DNA of 64,000 nucleotides from Octopus sinensis (Eukaryota): NCBI RefSeq assembly GCF_006345805.1, contig NC_043003.1, positions 27,838,001 to 27,902,000 of the forward strand, read 5' to 3'. Shown piece by piece: positions 1 to 12,462 of this stretch (position 1 is its first letter; each line of letters starts with the position of its first letter). The notes under the pieces were generated by a model. It saw only the letters and a program-made list of their open reading frames with translations, ran no database searches and was not told where the DNA came from. The position numbers and the translations under genes were made by a program.

Positions 1-160
1 GAAGAATAGACAAAAATTCCTTTGGAAACAATTTAAACTTCGTATGAGTCCATACCTCGTAGAATTCAAGCTGTAATTACTGCCAAAGGTGGTCCTACCC
101 CATATTAAACTAAATTTGTTTGAAATTTTAAGGTGTTTCCATTATTTTGTCCAACCCCTG
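1..160 (+). mobile_element. Tc1-family DNA transposon, 3' end (degenerate transposase C-terminus and right TIR)
   Basis: Translates to ...ESIPRRIQAVITAKGGPTPY*, a typical Tc1 C-terminus with upstream stops. Ends ttttgtccaacccctg followed by TA at 161-162. Confidence 0.8.
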
Positions 161-715
161 TATATATATAATTTATATATACAATATATGTCTCCGTCAA
201 GTTATCTTTAATTATTCTTTCCCAGAATGTGTCTTTATTAGTTAGGAAATACAAAACATTTACTTTCATTTTAATTTCTAAGAAAATAATACGATATTGT
301 CATATCATTTTCATTGAAAAACTTTTTATTTTCACTTTCATTTCCAAGAAAGAAACCCCTCCTACCCAGCAACCTCCACTACAATATATATTTACCGAAC
401 TCCACCTACAATCGATTAGACAGGATCGAGTCGCCACGAAACACTAGTCTATACGACACATTTCAATCCCTCCAGATATTATTCAAGATTAAACAAGTCT
501 GTCAACTTTCTCTGCATTTCATTTATTGGATTCGATAAGATAAAGAGCGTCTATCTACTGAAGTAAATATAAATTTTGATTCTACGTTTCTACAATTGTG
601 TTTTCTCTGTGAATCTTAGAAATCACTAATTATATATTAACCAAAACACTTTCATTTTTATTACCCACAACATCAACTTCTTTATTAGATACGAAGTCGA
701 TATTTATAAACCAAC

Positions 716-1030
716 ATGAAGCGCATGAATCCAAGAGATATCCGTTATACTCAGGATACAATCAAGCCTGAATTCCAAAACAGGAGATCATTAGATGATG
801 TTATTAATGACATTAAACGTGGTAAAATTTCGCCTGACGATATAGAAGTTATGGACGTTTACCAAAGAGATGGAAAATACTATAGTGCCGGCAACAGGAG
901 ACTTTATGTATTCAAACGAGTACAAGTAAGTAAACCATATTTGGAGGTTCCAGTTAATCTAAAACCAGATAGTTTTATTCCCAACTTCACAACAAAGAAT
1001 GATGGTTTGAGTGTAACAATCCGTGGCTAA
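716..1030 (+). CDS. Intact 104-aa ParB/sulfiredoxin-fold-like protein resembling the Tox-ParBL1 domain
   Basis: Non-repetitive ORF with start context ccaacATG. Motifs: P.DIRYTQDTI...F; I.P.DI; V...DGKYYSAGNRRLYVF; C-terminal FTTKNDGLSVTIRG. Possible 5'UTR intron 563-688 (gtaaat...ctttattag). Confidence 0.75.
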   Translation: MKRMNPRDIRYTQDTIKPEFQNRRSLDDVINDIKRGKISPDDIEVMDVYQRDGKYYSAGNRRLYVFKRVQVSKPYLEVPVNLKPDSFIPNFTTKNDGLSVTIRG

Positions 1031-1159
1031 AATATGGAATACTACTCGTTCTGCAACATAAAGCAGCATGCTATGTGGGCACCTAAATTTCTTCGCATGT
1101 TTTTATCAAATTTTTAAAAGAGTCCTATCAGTAGAAGCGTTTCCCAACCTTATCTGGCA

Positions 1160-1400
1160 TAACTATAGATGTGTACCCGCCAGCTTTGTTGCCTCATAAC
1201 TGCCAGAAAAATGGATGAATTTTTAACAAATACCACTTAGATGCTATAGATTCAGAGTATATAGGGATTTGTGGGAAAGAAATTTCCGATGTGGAGAGGA
1301 GTTTCGAAAAATTCACACGATCCGACTCTTCTCCCTTATAACTTTCATGAAATTTCATGCAAATAGCTTTCAAACGGCATAGCTTATAAAGTAATTAGTG
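1160..1400. repeat. Dispersed repeat family, probable non-autonomous DNA element
   Basis: Similar to 37616-37870 (same orientation) and about 16120-16370 (inverted), sharing ...gagaggagtttcg.a.aattcacacga...ataactttca.gaaa... Confidence 0.6.
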
Positions 1401-1789
1401 GAGAAAATTTTTTCTGTACACACCTGTAGTTAAGCTCCTCATCTCACCGTATTCAACAATGATATATTCTCCGTTAGTAATACATTCTGATACTGAAGTT
1501 CCAGCTTAAATCGTGTCGTATCTCAGCCAAGTTGTTAATCAGGATTTATTTACAAAACAGGACACTAAAAGATTGTCGTTCAACCACAAATATCTGGACA
1601 AAATCATGGTAGATTCTTGCAATATGATTTCTTTAAATATTGACTCTGCCAACTTACTCTCCTCAAATATTTCACCCGTCAGTGACATCATGACAAAGAA
1701 ATGGATAAAAGTAAAAGGAAAAAAAAAAAAAGAAACTGCTCATGATGATTTTACATATACACATGACCTATGTTACATACACTACATAC

Positions 1790-1802
1790 TCCCATACATA
1801 AC

Positions 1803-1834
<32 letters not shown>

Positions 1835-1859
1835 GTATATATATATATATGTATGTATA

Positions 1860-1895
<36 letters not shown>

Positions 1896-1941
1896 AATAT
1901 ATACATATATATATATATATATGTATAAATATATATATATG

Positions 1942-1993
<52 letters not shown>

Positions 1994-1995
1994 TG

Positions 1996-2092
<97 letters not shown>

Positions 2093-2130
2093 TATATATA
2101 TGTATATATATATACACACACACACACATG
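1790..2130. repeat. (TA)n/(TATG)/(CA)n compound microsatellite
   Basis: Seen directly; one of dozens of such arrays in the window. Confidence 0.95.
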
Positions 2131-2822
2131 TATCCAAAACCTCCCTTTCTTTTACATATTCTATTCTGTGAAGTCAAGTACGTGATACCTACATGTTCTT
2201 TATTCTCTTACACATGCACATTAACATGCATACAACATACGCACCTTACATGTATACATTCACGCCAGATAATAGTTTGAACAATAGACTCTTTTGCTCC
2301 ACAAAAATATTCAAGAAAACAAATTAACACATTATTGATAAGAAACCAGTTTTCGAAGGTAGACATTGAATGCAAAAGAACATTAACTAAAACAGTGACT
2401 TAGAAATATATTTTAATTAAATTATCTGTTAATAAACAGCGGTCTTAAAGTTCAAGATGCCACTTTAAGTGAATCAAACTAGTTTCATTTTGATTTTTTT
2501 TCATAGAAACTCATGTAAGATTGTGGAGAGCAAAACATTAAAATGTTTCAAAGAAAAAAAAAAGCATCAGAGGTGCGATGCTTACCCTGCATGCAGATAA
2601 ATTTTTTGCAAAATACAGTGTGGTTTATAATGCATTGCTTATCCATGTTTTTTAATTGAACTCAATTTTTATAGGTATCACCATTATAGTTATTGGTACT
2701 TCTTTGGAATCCACTCCCCCTATAACTTTTGAACCAGTAATTTTGAGAAAAAAATTTTTTGAGATTCATATGTTGGATCTTTACCTTTTGACCTTTTTCT
2801 TTTTCTTTTTTTCTGGCTTTAA

Positions 2823-2880
2823 CCCTCCAACGCGGAGTATAAGCCACTAATAACTGAATTCCATGTCGCATAATTTTTCG
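2823..2880. mobile_element. piggyBac-type terminus; partner end not found
   Basis: TTAA (2819-2822) followed by ccctccaacgcggag..., matching the TTAA|CCC piggyBac end pattern. Confidence 0.35.
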
Positions 2881-3736
2881 CTTCTGTACTTACACTCTGC
2901 CATGAATGTCCCTCTTTCTCTAGTTCCTTTTGTGTTGATCTATGCCACGAGTTCTTAGGCCTACCTTTCTTTCTATATCCATCCGGATTCCACTGAAAAG
3001 CACTTTTCGCTACATTTGGTGTGTCTTTTCTAATTGTGCTACCAATCCACTTCCACTTTTTCTCTTAAATATTTGCTCCCTAATCGAAACTTGATTGACC
3101 TACAGATTTAAAAAATAATTTTTTTGTAACTAAACGCTTTGAAACTTCTGACACTGGTAGAATGTGTCATATAAAACATCTTTTACTCTTAGCATTTTTA
3201 CTGGTCACAATAATACAGAAACTGAATTGCTGGAGTTATTGAGGAACACAAATAATATAAGAAACAGTTTTTCTAACTTTATTTGATATATTTTTAATTT
3301 TGTCTCAATTTTCATATGTTTTTTCTTATGTAAGTCCCACAGGCATATGTATCAATAAATATCAATATCATCACAAATTTTCTCTTTGTTTTATATAATA
3401 GTGTTAATTGTTATTAAAAAATATTTGTTCTTTTACTTATTCATATTTTTCATTTTACTTTCTCTTACAAATTCAAGATATTGCATGTGATGAGTTGTCC
3501 CCCTTTGCAAAGCCAAACAGTTTTCTCTTCTAGTCACCCAACACTTACTGGCCGAAATCACTGGAGCGGTAACACTAATAATAATTGTTGATAAAATGTT
3601 TGGAGGAATTCTGGTTTTAGAACTCCTCATATCTTTTACATTTTTTTGAGTTGTTTGAAAAAAAAAAGGTGTCGGGGGTGTAAAATTAAAAGAATTTTTC
3701 GATTTTTAAAAAACTCAAATTTAAAATACGGACAGT

Positions 3737-3892
3737 GCGTAGGAGTGGCTGTGTGGTAAGTAGCTTGCTTACCAACCACATGGTTCCGGTTTCAGTCCCA
3801 CTGCGTGGCACCTTGGGCAAGTGTCGTCAACTATAGCCTCGGCCGACCAGTGGATTTGTAGACGGAAACTGAAAGAAGCCCGTCGTATATTT

Positions 3893-3959
<67 letters not shown>

Positions 3960-4235
3960 GTGAGTGTGTGTGTGTATGTGTGTGTGTGTATTAGTGTGTG
4001 TGTGTATATATATAAGTGTGTGTGTGTTTGTTTGTGTGTCTGTGTTTGTCCCCCCAACATCGCTCGACAACCGATGCTGGTTTGTTTACGCCCCCGTCAC
4101 TTAGCAGTTCGGCAAGAGAGACTGATAGAATAAGTACTAGGCTTACAAAGAATACGTCCTGGTGTCGATTTGCTCAACTAAAAGCGGTGCTCCAGCATGG
4201 CCACAGTCAAATGACTGAAACAAGTAAAAGAGTAA
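3737..4235 (+). mobile_element. tRNA-derived SINE, most abundant family in the window (family A)
   Basis: Head gcgtaggagtggctgtgtggtaag...ggttcagtccc, internal microsatellite, tail ...gactgaaacaagtaaaagag. Related copies at about 15555, 24270, 39441, 50010, 52840, 55240, 55520, 57120 and 62680. Confidence 0.85.
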
Positions 4236-4696
4236 AAAAGTATAAAAGTGCAGATTTTTAAAATCCTAGCAATAGACCATGTGTTTACGTGGTGAAAAAT
4301 ATTGAAAAGCATCAATACGTAAGAGTGAGAAAAAAACAAGGAAGGTATCAAATGGTCGTGAGTTGTGCTAAAAATATCAGGTAAATCACAAAACTTTTAA
4401 ATTATATAATCGCATGAATTCCTGTGTGTAGAAGATAAATTTGCAAAACTTTTCTGAAAATTCCAAAAAAATCTAAATGTTATGAAGTTTTATATATGAT
4501 GCTTCAACCAGAATCCCGCCACATTTTCTTTCTCACTGGAAATAATTAGTATGCGATCCTAGTGTTTACTACATCAACCTCACTTTTGTGAACTGCCTTT
4601 ATTTCAATATGCAACCTCTATCACAGTTTGCATTCATATTTTCTTTGGATTTTACTTTTGTCGAATGGCCTGTTTGTATACTGTAACTTTTTTGTC

Positions 4697-5093
4697 TACT
4701 AGCAGTATCGCCCGGCGTTGCTCGGGTTTGTTTCTACCCTTTAGAATTGGAATTTTTGAAAAATAAAAGTTTTGTATTATGTAGCTTGTTATTCTCTTTA
4801 AGTGAACATTTTTCTGGTTGAAATACACCGAAAACTGGCGACACAGCAGTCAAACAAAATCGTAAAAAACAGGGATTTTCATAGAAAAAAAGCACCTTTT
4901 TGATGTAAATAATTTTTGGTGTTTACATGGTCCGATTTGAATTTTATCTTCTATGGAAGGAAGAGCAAACCTTCTTCTGTCATACTCTCAATTTTGGTCA
5001 ACTTGCGCCACAGGATCTCGGAGGGGATTGTGCTAGTTGAAGGCTACCAAACCTGGCGTACACAGACATCTTCAGCTTTATATATAGAGAGAT
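4697..5093 (+). mobile_element. Non-autonomous Helitron-like element
   Basis: Starts actagcagtatcgcccggcgttgctcggg (terminal hairpin) and ends cagctttatatataga. Inverted copy at 19499-19895; same terminus at 44240-44277. Confidence 0.7.
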
Positions 5094-5389
5094 TTTATGA
5101 CATTCCTTCGTGAAATTAAAGAACGTTGTGAATCATTTCAAATTTGTGCTCTTGTTTCTCCTAATTTTCCCTTGATATATTAGACATTGTTGTTCATTTG
5201 TGGGGTAAAAATGTAACGAAAATGTTAAGATGTGAAGAAATTTAATATCGTAACATAATTTTACTTACACAATGGAAACTCGTAAGACAGTAGTCTTTAT
5301 TTTTTGGTGAGAAATAGAAATCAAATCTTCTACAAATACCTATCAGATAGTGTAGATGATGCTTAAATCAATGTTTTATGATGTGAAAT

Positions 5390-5427
<38 letters not shown>

Positions 5428-5537
5428 TACATCATATATATAACATCATACTACATACGTACATACATACATACATACATACATACATACTACATACATA
5501 CATACATATATTATATATATTATATATATATATATAT

Positions 5538-5569
<32 letters not shown>

Positions 5570-5574
5570 GACAT

Positions 5575-5805
5575 CATCATCGTTAAACGTCTTTTATCCA
5601 TGCTAGCATGGGTTGGACGGTTCAACCGGGGTCTGGGAAGCCAGGAGGCTGTACAAGGGTCCAGTCTGATCTGGCAGTGTTTCCGCAGCTGGATGCCCTT
5701 CCTAACGCCTACCACTCCGTGAGTTTAGTGGGTGCTTTTTACGTGCCAGGCAAGGCTGGCAACGGCCACGATCGGTTGGTGCTTTTTATGTGCCACCGGC
5801 ACGTG
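5575..5805 (-). mobile_element. Short repeat derived from the RTE LINE 3' UTR (family C)
   Basis: catcatcgtt(t)aacgtc...catgctagcatgggttggacgg, the same sequence as the 3' ends of the RT-bearing copies at 29886 and 31650. More than 12 copies in the window. Confidence 0.8.
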
Positions 5806-5849
<44 letters not shown>

Positions 5850-5851
<2 letters not shown>

Positions 5852-7659
5852 ATATAAGAAAAAAGGTTTGAAAATGCAATTTAAACGATGTTTATTTACT
5901 TAACCGTTTCACTCTTTGGTAAAAGATTGTCAAAAGTTACATTTAAGGAAACATTGAATAATATGGGTTCAAAAAAAGTTTTTACATAATTGTCACATTG
6001 AATATTATGCATTCAAAAAAGTTTTTACATAATTGTCACATTGGATATTATGAATTCAAAAATGTTTTTTTATACATAATTGTCACATTACATGTATAAA
6101 TATAGTGTTTGGTAACAGAGAATTCAATAGTGTGATGAGAATATTTGGGAAAATTTGGCAGAAAAGGATAAAACAAATATATTATTGGGAATTGGTTGCG
6201 TTAATTATTGGTTGTCGCAAATTGTCACATTACATGTATATATATACAATCTTTGGTATATATATACAGCCTTTTGACAGCAAAAATTAAAATGGATTTT
6301 TTATACATCTCAGAATATTTTAAGTACAAGGCGAGAATATGTTTTACTGACCTGTCGGTATTAGCAGAAAGGCTGAACTGAGAGAACAGAGGAAGTAGCC
6401 AATGTGGTGTATACTTCCCCTTTATGCATGAATGATTTGGGGTTATCAGGAGGTTAGTATGCGGGTGTGAATAGATGTGTCCGTGCCCGCTGGTCAGATA
6501 GCGTCTGTTTGTCACACACATATATACACACACACACACACACAACAACACACACACACACACACACATAGTAAACAAACACACACCACATACAAACAAC
6601 ACCACACACACACAGAACACACACACCCACACCCACAACGCACCCACATATATCACATATACACACAGCACACAAATATAATATGTATCTATATATAACA
6701 TACACAGATATATAACACACATACACACAACACACACACACACCACACACCACACACACACACAACAACACACGCACACATACATACATAATATAAATAT
6801 CACACAAATACACCTAGCATATATATACACACATACAATACACACATACAGCATGTAAGTAATATACATACACAATATATGCATGCAATATACATACGCA
6901 GTACATACATATAATAAATATATATAGACAATGCATATACATATATACACATAGACATATAAATAGTGTTTACATACACCACATAGATGTACCCACATAT
7001 ACACACAATACACTACACGTACGCATACATATAATATATATATATAGACAATGCCATATACATTATAACACATATACATATAAATAGTGTTTACATACAC
7101 ATACATAGATGTACCACATATACACACAATACACATACACGTACGCATACATATAATATATATATACACACACACACATAACATACATACACAATGTATA
7201 CATATATATACACGCAATGCACATACATGTATTCATGCATATATAGCACACCTACAATATACATATATACAATGCACACATACACACACATATATACACT
7301 TAATTGTACACATACATATACAATACACATACATACAATATACATATACACAATGCGCATGCAAATAATGTACATGTTTATACACACATAAACAAGCAAA
7401 TAAATATACACACACATACACACACACACATATATATACACACATATATATATATATATACACACATACATACATACATACATGCACATACATATATTTT
7501 TTCACACACATACACATACATATATATATATATAAAAAATTCACCCCCCACACACAAATTACAAACTTATAGCGTACAAACTCAAATATATCTCTACATG
7601 CCGCACACACACACAAACAAAGTACTAACATATACACACATACCATGCATATACACACA

Positions 7660-7716
<57 letters not shown>

Positions 7717-8629
7717 CAAATACACATGTAAATACATACATACGTACACAATGCACACACACACACACACACACATACACACACACCCGCACACAGTGCA
7801 CACACACACACATATATACACACGTGCAAACACACATACACACAACGCGCGCGCACACACACACATACACACACACGCACACAGTGCACACACACACACA
7901 CACATATATATATACACCCGCGCACACACACACACAACGTGCACACACACACACACACACACACATACACACAACACTCACACACATACATCACCTACAT
8001 ATATATAATGCATGCGTGTGCATGCCACCTATGTGTGCGGTCAATGCCCGCTAGTGTGTCCTATGCGTGCCGATGCGCGCATGTGCCCGCCCCCACGATA
8101 TGCTGTGAGCGTGCGCGCGTCCCTGTGTGCTTGCTCTGGATGTGTTTCCAGGGGGTATGTTAGAGTATGTTTAGTTGTGGTCTGTATTTTTGAATAAGAT
8201 TACTTTCCTTATTTATTCGTGTTTGGTCTGTGGTGTTGTCCGAGCATTGGTATAGTGGGAAGACTAAGAATTTGGGGGACTTATTGTGTGCACAAAGGTC
8301 TAAGTGTCCACTTAGTGGTATCTGTCTTGTGGAGGGGTCCCTCAGTTGTTGTCGGTGAACTGTCATTCTGTCTCTGAGGGTAAGGCTCGTTTGCCCTATG
8401 TAGTCTTCGTGGCATCCTTCACACCTTTTTGAATGCATAATATTCAATGTGACAATTATGTAAAAAACTTTTTTTGAAGCCATATTATTCAATGTTTCCT
8501 TAAATGTAACTTTTGACAATCTTTTACCAAAGAGTGAAACCGGTTAAGTAAATAAACATCGTTTAAATTGCATTTTCAAACCTTTTTTCTTATATAATCC
8601 CACTCGTGCGATACCCCACAACTCAACTT

Positions 8630-8630
<1 letters not shown>
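5850..8630 (-). mobile_element. 5'-truncated Penelope-like element with an inverted terminal pLTR segment
   Basis: GIY-YIG C-terminus at 8160-8410, about 1.5 kb of microsatellite in the 3' region, and 5856-6020 is the reverse complement of about 8425-8590. Confidence 0.75.
8160..8410 (-). pseudogene. Penelope GIY-YIG endonuclease fragment
   Basis: RCEGCHEDYIGQTSLTLRDRMTVHRQQ...RINKESNLIQKYRPQLNIL*. Confidence 0.85.
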
Positions 8631-8660
<30 letters not shown>

Positions 8661-8929
8661 ATATTATATATATATATAATATATATATATTAGGCAATAT
8701 ATATATATATTATATATATATATATATATATATTAGGCAAGGAAGGAAATGGAGAAGATATTCATTGACAAACATCAGCAAGATCAATTTATTAATTACA
8801 ATCATACATTGTTCGCTTTCCAGACATTTGTACATTACAGCATATACTTTGGACGCACTTTCTGACAAGTTGTGGTGCATCCGAGCACTGTATACAATAA
8901 TTTCATTATTATTATTATACATACATACA

Positions 8930-8965
<36 letters not shown>

Positions 8966-9000
8966 TATATATATTATATATATATATATTATATATATTA

Positions 9001-9045
<45 letters not shown>

Positions 9046-9048
9046 ATA

Positions 9049-9078
<30 letters not shown>

Positions 9079-9084
<6 letters not shown>

Positions 9085-9187
9085 CGAAAGAAGGTTTGAA
9101 AATGCAATTTAAAAGATGTTTATTTACTTTACCGTAAAGTAAATAAACATCTTTTAAATTGCATTTTCAAACCTTCTTTCGTATATA
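9079..9187. repeat. Essentially perfect ~53-bp-arm fold-back of the Penelope pLTR tail
   Basis: tatacgaaagaaggtttgaaaatgcaatttaaaagatgtttatttacttta-ccg-taaagtaaataaacatcttttaaattgcattttcaaaccttctttcgtata. Confidence 0.9.
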
Positions 9188-9240
9188 ATTCCACTCGTGC
9201 GGTACCCCACAACTCCACTTTGTTATATATATATATATAT

Positions 9241-9275
<35 letters not shown>

Positions 9276-9559
9276 GTACACTGTGCAGATCATAAATCCC
9301 TTATTAGTCCTTTTCATTATTCTGTCTATTTCATTACCATGTAAACATGTAAATATAGTTTCAATAGTTTCGTCTTCGTCATTGTTGCCTTAAGATAACC
9401 TTAGTTCACGCATATCCTTAACTGCCTCATATTCATTTAGTCAAGTTTATCACGCAGTCACTTATTTCTCTAATTTTGTCATAGACTGGGCTGACTGAAA
9501 ACTCTAAGATTGTTCAATTCTATTTTACTGTTATCGACATTTGCTGTTTCGTTAAATTA

Positions 9560-12462
9560 TGCTACCCAAATCTCAATCCCTAAAGAATATTTTTCTCCCT
9601 CGTGTTCTGACCACCCTAACTCTGGTACCCCCCTCTCTCTCTCTGCCTAACTCTGTCTGTCTCTCTCTCTCTCTCTCAAGGCCTCACTTTGTTTGTCTGT
9701 CTGTCAGTCTCTCTCTCTCTCTCTCTTCTAATTACCACTTGCTTCGCCAAGACTTCCTCCACCACCACCCCCATCCTATATAAACTAGCGCATGCACTCG
9801 GATTCCCCTACTCGACTTTAATACCTCCGCCGAAAGAATACGCATTCAGATGCTCTCGTCTAAATTTGCTAGTCCGCGGTATGCCTGCCCTCTACCTGTA
9901 CTGGAAATCCCTATCCTCTGTCATCCTTTGGTTGTCTCCCATGAACACTTCTAAAGGCTTTACGCCATCCTCACCCCAACTTAGGGTTTATCTCCTATGT
10001 AAGGTAGTGATCATATAGTGCATAAATATGATGGTGTAGTGTACGCAGGTTGAATTGAAGGCTATTGTTTGTTTATGAATTCTGCCAGATGCAAACTTTC
10101 TTTTCAGGTACATAACGCTGCTGTCCCCTGTCCAAGGGTCTAACGGGCCCACACCTCCCACGCCCTCAGAGTTGGCACTCTCAATGTTGGCACACTGAAA
10201 AGTAGGTCTGGTGAGTTTGTTGAGATGCTTGAATGGAGATGTGTCGATTTGTGCTGCCTCCAAGAAGTAAGGTGAAGAGGGGGTTCCACTAGGTTCCTTA
10301 CAGGCAAAGAACACAGGTGCAAATTTTCTGCCAGGGAAGTCGGGGGCGTGGGCATACTTCTTGTGGAGAAATGGGTTGATAAGGTAATCGAGGTAGTCAG
10401 AGTATGCGACAGAATACTTAAGATTAGATTAGTGTGTAGCGTTGGTGGAATGCATCCGCGCTCTCTGAGATATGCAGTACAAATAATGTAGCAGATAACA
10501 GTTAACTTTTAGCTGCTATTTGGACCCTGTTGTGTCCACTAATCTGATTGGTTGGTATTGGTGCAGTTTGTCTTTTGACTTATTTTGCGCCAATGTGGAA
10601 ACCAACCAATCAGAACCTTCAAATAAGATCATGTGAGACAGCTTGTTCGCAATCCATTTTGAGTCTCCCTTCTGCTTTAAAAGGCCCCAGCATTCACGAT
10701 ATCACTGTCCACACCACAACCAGACAGCCAGTTCTAGCGACCCAGCCAGTTCCCGCGACGACACCAGCTCCAGCGACCCAGCCATGTTCCCGCCACGAGA
10801 CCAACATGCAGCACCTCAGGACCGTTCTCCACTGTCGCCTTCATCTCAACGTCACCGTTCTCTACCGTTGCCATCACCACCATCAACTTCAACGATACGT
10901 ACACAGCACTCGCTCAGGTTTAGCTTACACGTTGTTTGTGGTATATTCACCAAGGTTAACAGTTCATCACTGCCTGTGAGACCTGGTAATGGATTGAAGC
11001 ACCAACTTCATTGACACAGAACGAACTTTGTATTGTTATTTCACTCTTATAACACACACAGACATAAACACTATGTCGCACGCACCGTTGTTAATACTTA
11101 CAACGGACACACAGACACGCTTGTCGCACTCATAGACAAACACTCTGCCACTCACAGACACATAAACACGTAAGTGCACGCACTCAGACACTACACTCTG
11201 CTAGCGCCCACACACGCTCTTATCATTATTGTACACATCTGTAAATAAAGTCTTCTTTCTCTCAAACAGTAGAACGGTTGTGTTGTCTTTCTTATTCCTT
11301 TTGGCACTTATTCTTTTATACCATGTATTCGGCAATCTTCTTTTGTAGGCGACCGTACGGCGTTTAAAAGGAGACATTTCTGTCACCAACTCCTTTACGA
11401 ACGGTCGTTCCCTACAAGTGCTTCATCATGAGTAAACAGCCATTATCTCGGCCTATGCTCCTCAGCCGGGGCTACCTGATGGACAGAAAGACCGATTTTA
11501 TGACACCCTCTTGCAGACTACCTCATTGACGAATGACAGGGACCTTTTCTTTGTGACTGCTGACTTCAATAGACATGTTGGACAACATCCAGGGGGCTTC
11601 CATGGCATACATGGAGGCTACGGTTTTGGTTCCTGCAATGAGAAGGGAACCAGGCTGCTGGAGTTCTGCTATGCAAATGATCTTATAGTTTGCAATACTA
11701 ACTTCAGGAAACCTGCTAGTCACCTAGTCACCTACCATTTTGGCAGACACACTAGCCAAATTGACTACATCCTCGCCAGAAAAAGCGAAAGATGGCTGCT
11801 TGTAAATGCCAAAACCTTCCCAGGCGAAGAATGTACCCCACAACATAGACTGGTAGTTAGCAACTTCAAGATCAGGGCTAAATGGATGCCCAGAAGACGA
11901 CCAGCATGGAGGAGAAGGGTCTGGAAGCTTAAAGATCCTGCAAATGGACAGAGATTTAGAGATGTACTACTCGAAGCCTTTGACGAAATAGAAGGGGGAT
12001 ATAGCTTCACACCTTGTGGAAAACAACTGGAGGTTTCTACGGGACAACCTGCTGAGGGCCACTGACCAGATCTGTGGATGGTGCAAAGTCCCCTCTCGAC
12101 CCAAAATAATGTGGTGGTGGACCAATGTTGTTGACAGGGCCAATTAGAGAAAAGAAACAGGCTTGGAAGAACGGTGGTAGCAAGGAATTGTATCAGACTA
12201 CCAGAAGGAAAACTAGGAGGCAGGTTTATTTAGCCAGAGGGGAAGCAGATAAGAAAAAATTTGCCGTGAGGACCAAGGACTTGAGGTATTTCGTGTTGCA
12301 AGACAGTGCGTGAAAGAGAATCGTGATGTCGTAGGAGAGAAATGTGTCCGCATGGATGATGGTTCACTTGCACTAAATGAGGCTGCAAAGAGAGAGATTT
12401 GGAGACTATGAAAGGTTGCTCAATAAAGAGAATGAATGGGAGAAAGAGAATCTGCAGAATGT
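9560..12462 (+). mobile_element. RTE-clade LINE 5' half (UTR, APE endonuclease, linker), degenerate, interrupted by a solo LTR
   Basis: LRVGTLNVGTLKSRSGE...LQEVR; SAYAPQ; DFNRHVG; SQIDYILAR; PQHRLVV. Contains stops and frameshifts. Confidence 0.85.
10435..11416 (+). mobile_element. Solo LTR (982 bp), probably Gypsy
   Basis: TGTAG...CTACA termini, 4-bp TSD AGTG (10431-10434 and 11417-11420), AATAAA near 11245. Removing it rejoins the RTE APE sequence. Confidence 0.8.

Noticed and set aside
716-1030. Bacterial contamination as the origin of the ParB-like ORF
   Set aside because: It is contiguous with Tc1, microsatellites and repeat families found throughout the window, is AT-rich like its surroundings, and has no operon context.
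1513-1896. 127-aa ORF downstream of the ParB-like gene as a possible immunity partner
   Set aside because: No real ATG start (begins at GTG), it runs into microsatellite, and no family is recognisable.
6225-8054. Many 120-330-aa ORFs rich in C/V/Y/I/H/T
   Set aside because: They are translations of (CA)n/(TA)n microsatellite. The same applies to ORFs at 1768-2280, 14141-15021, 28099-28667, 33564-33843, 34410-34757 and 42423-43168.
10548-11014. 123-143-aa ORFs with T/P/A-rich segments
   Set aside because: They lie inside the solo LTR and show no recognisable homology.
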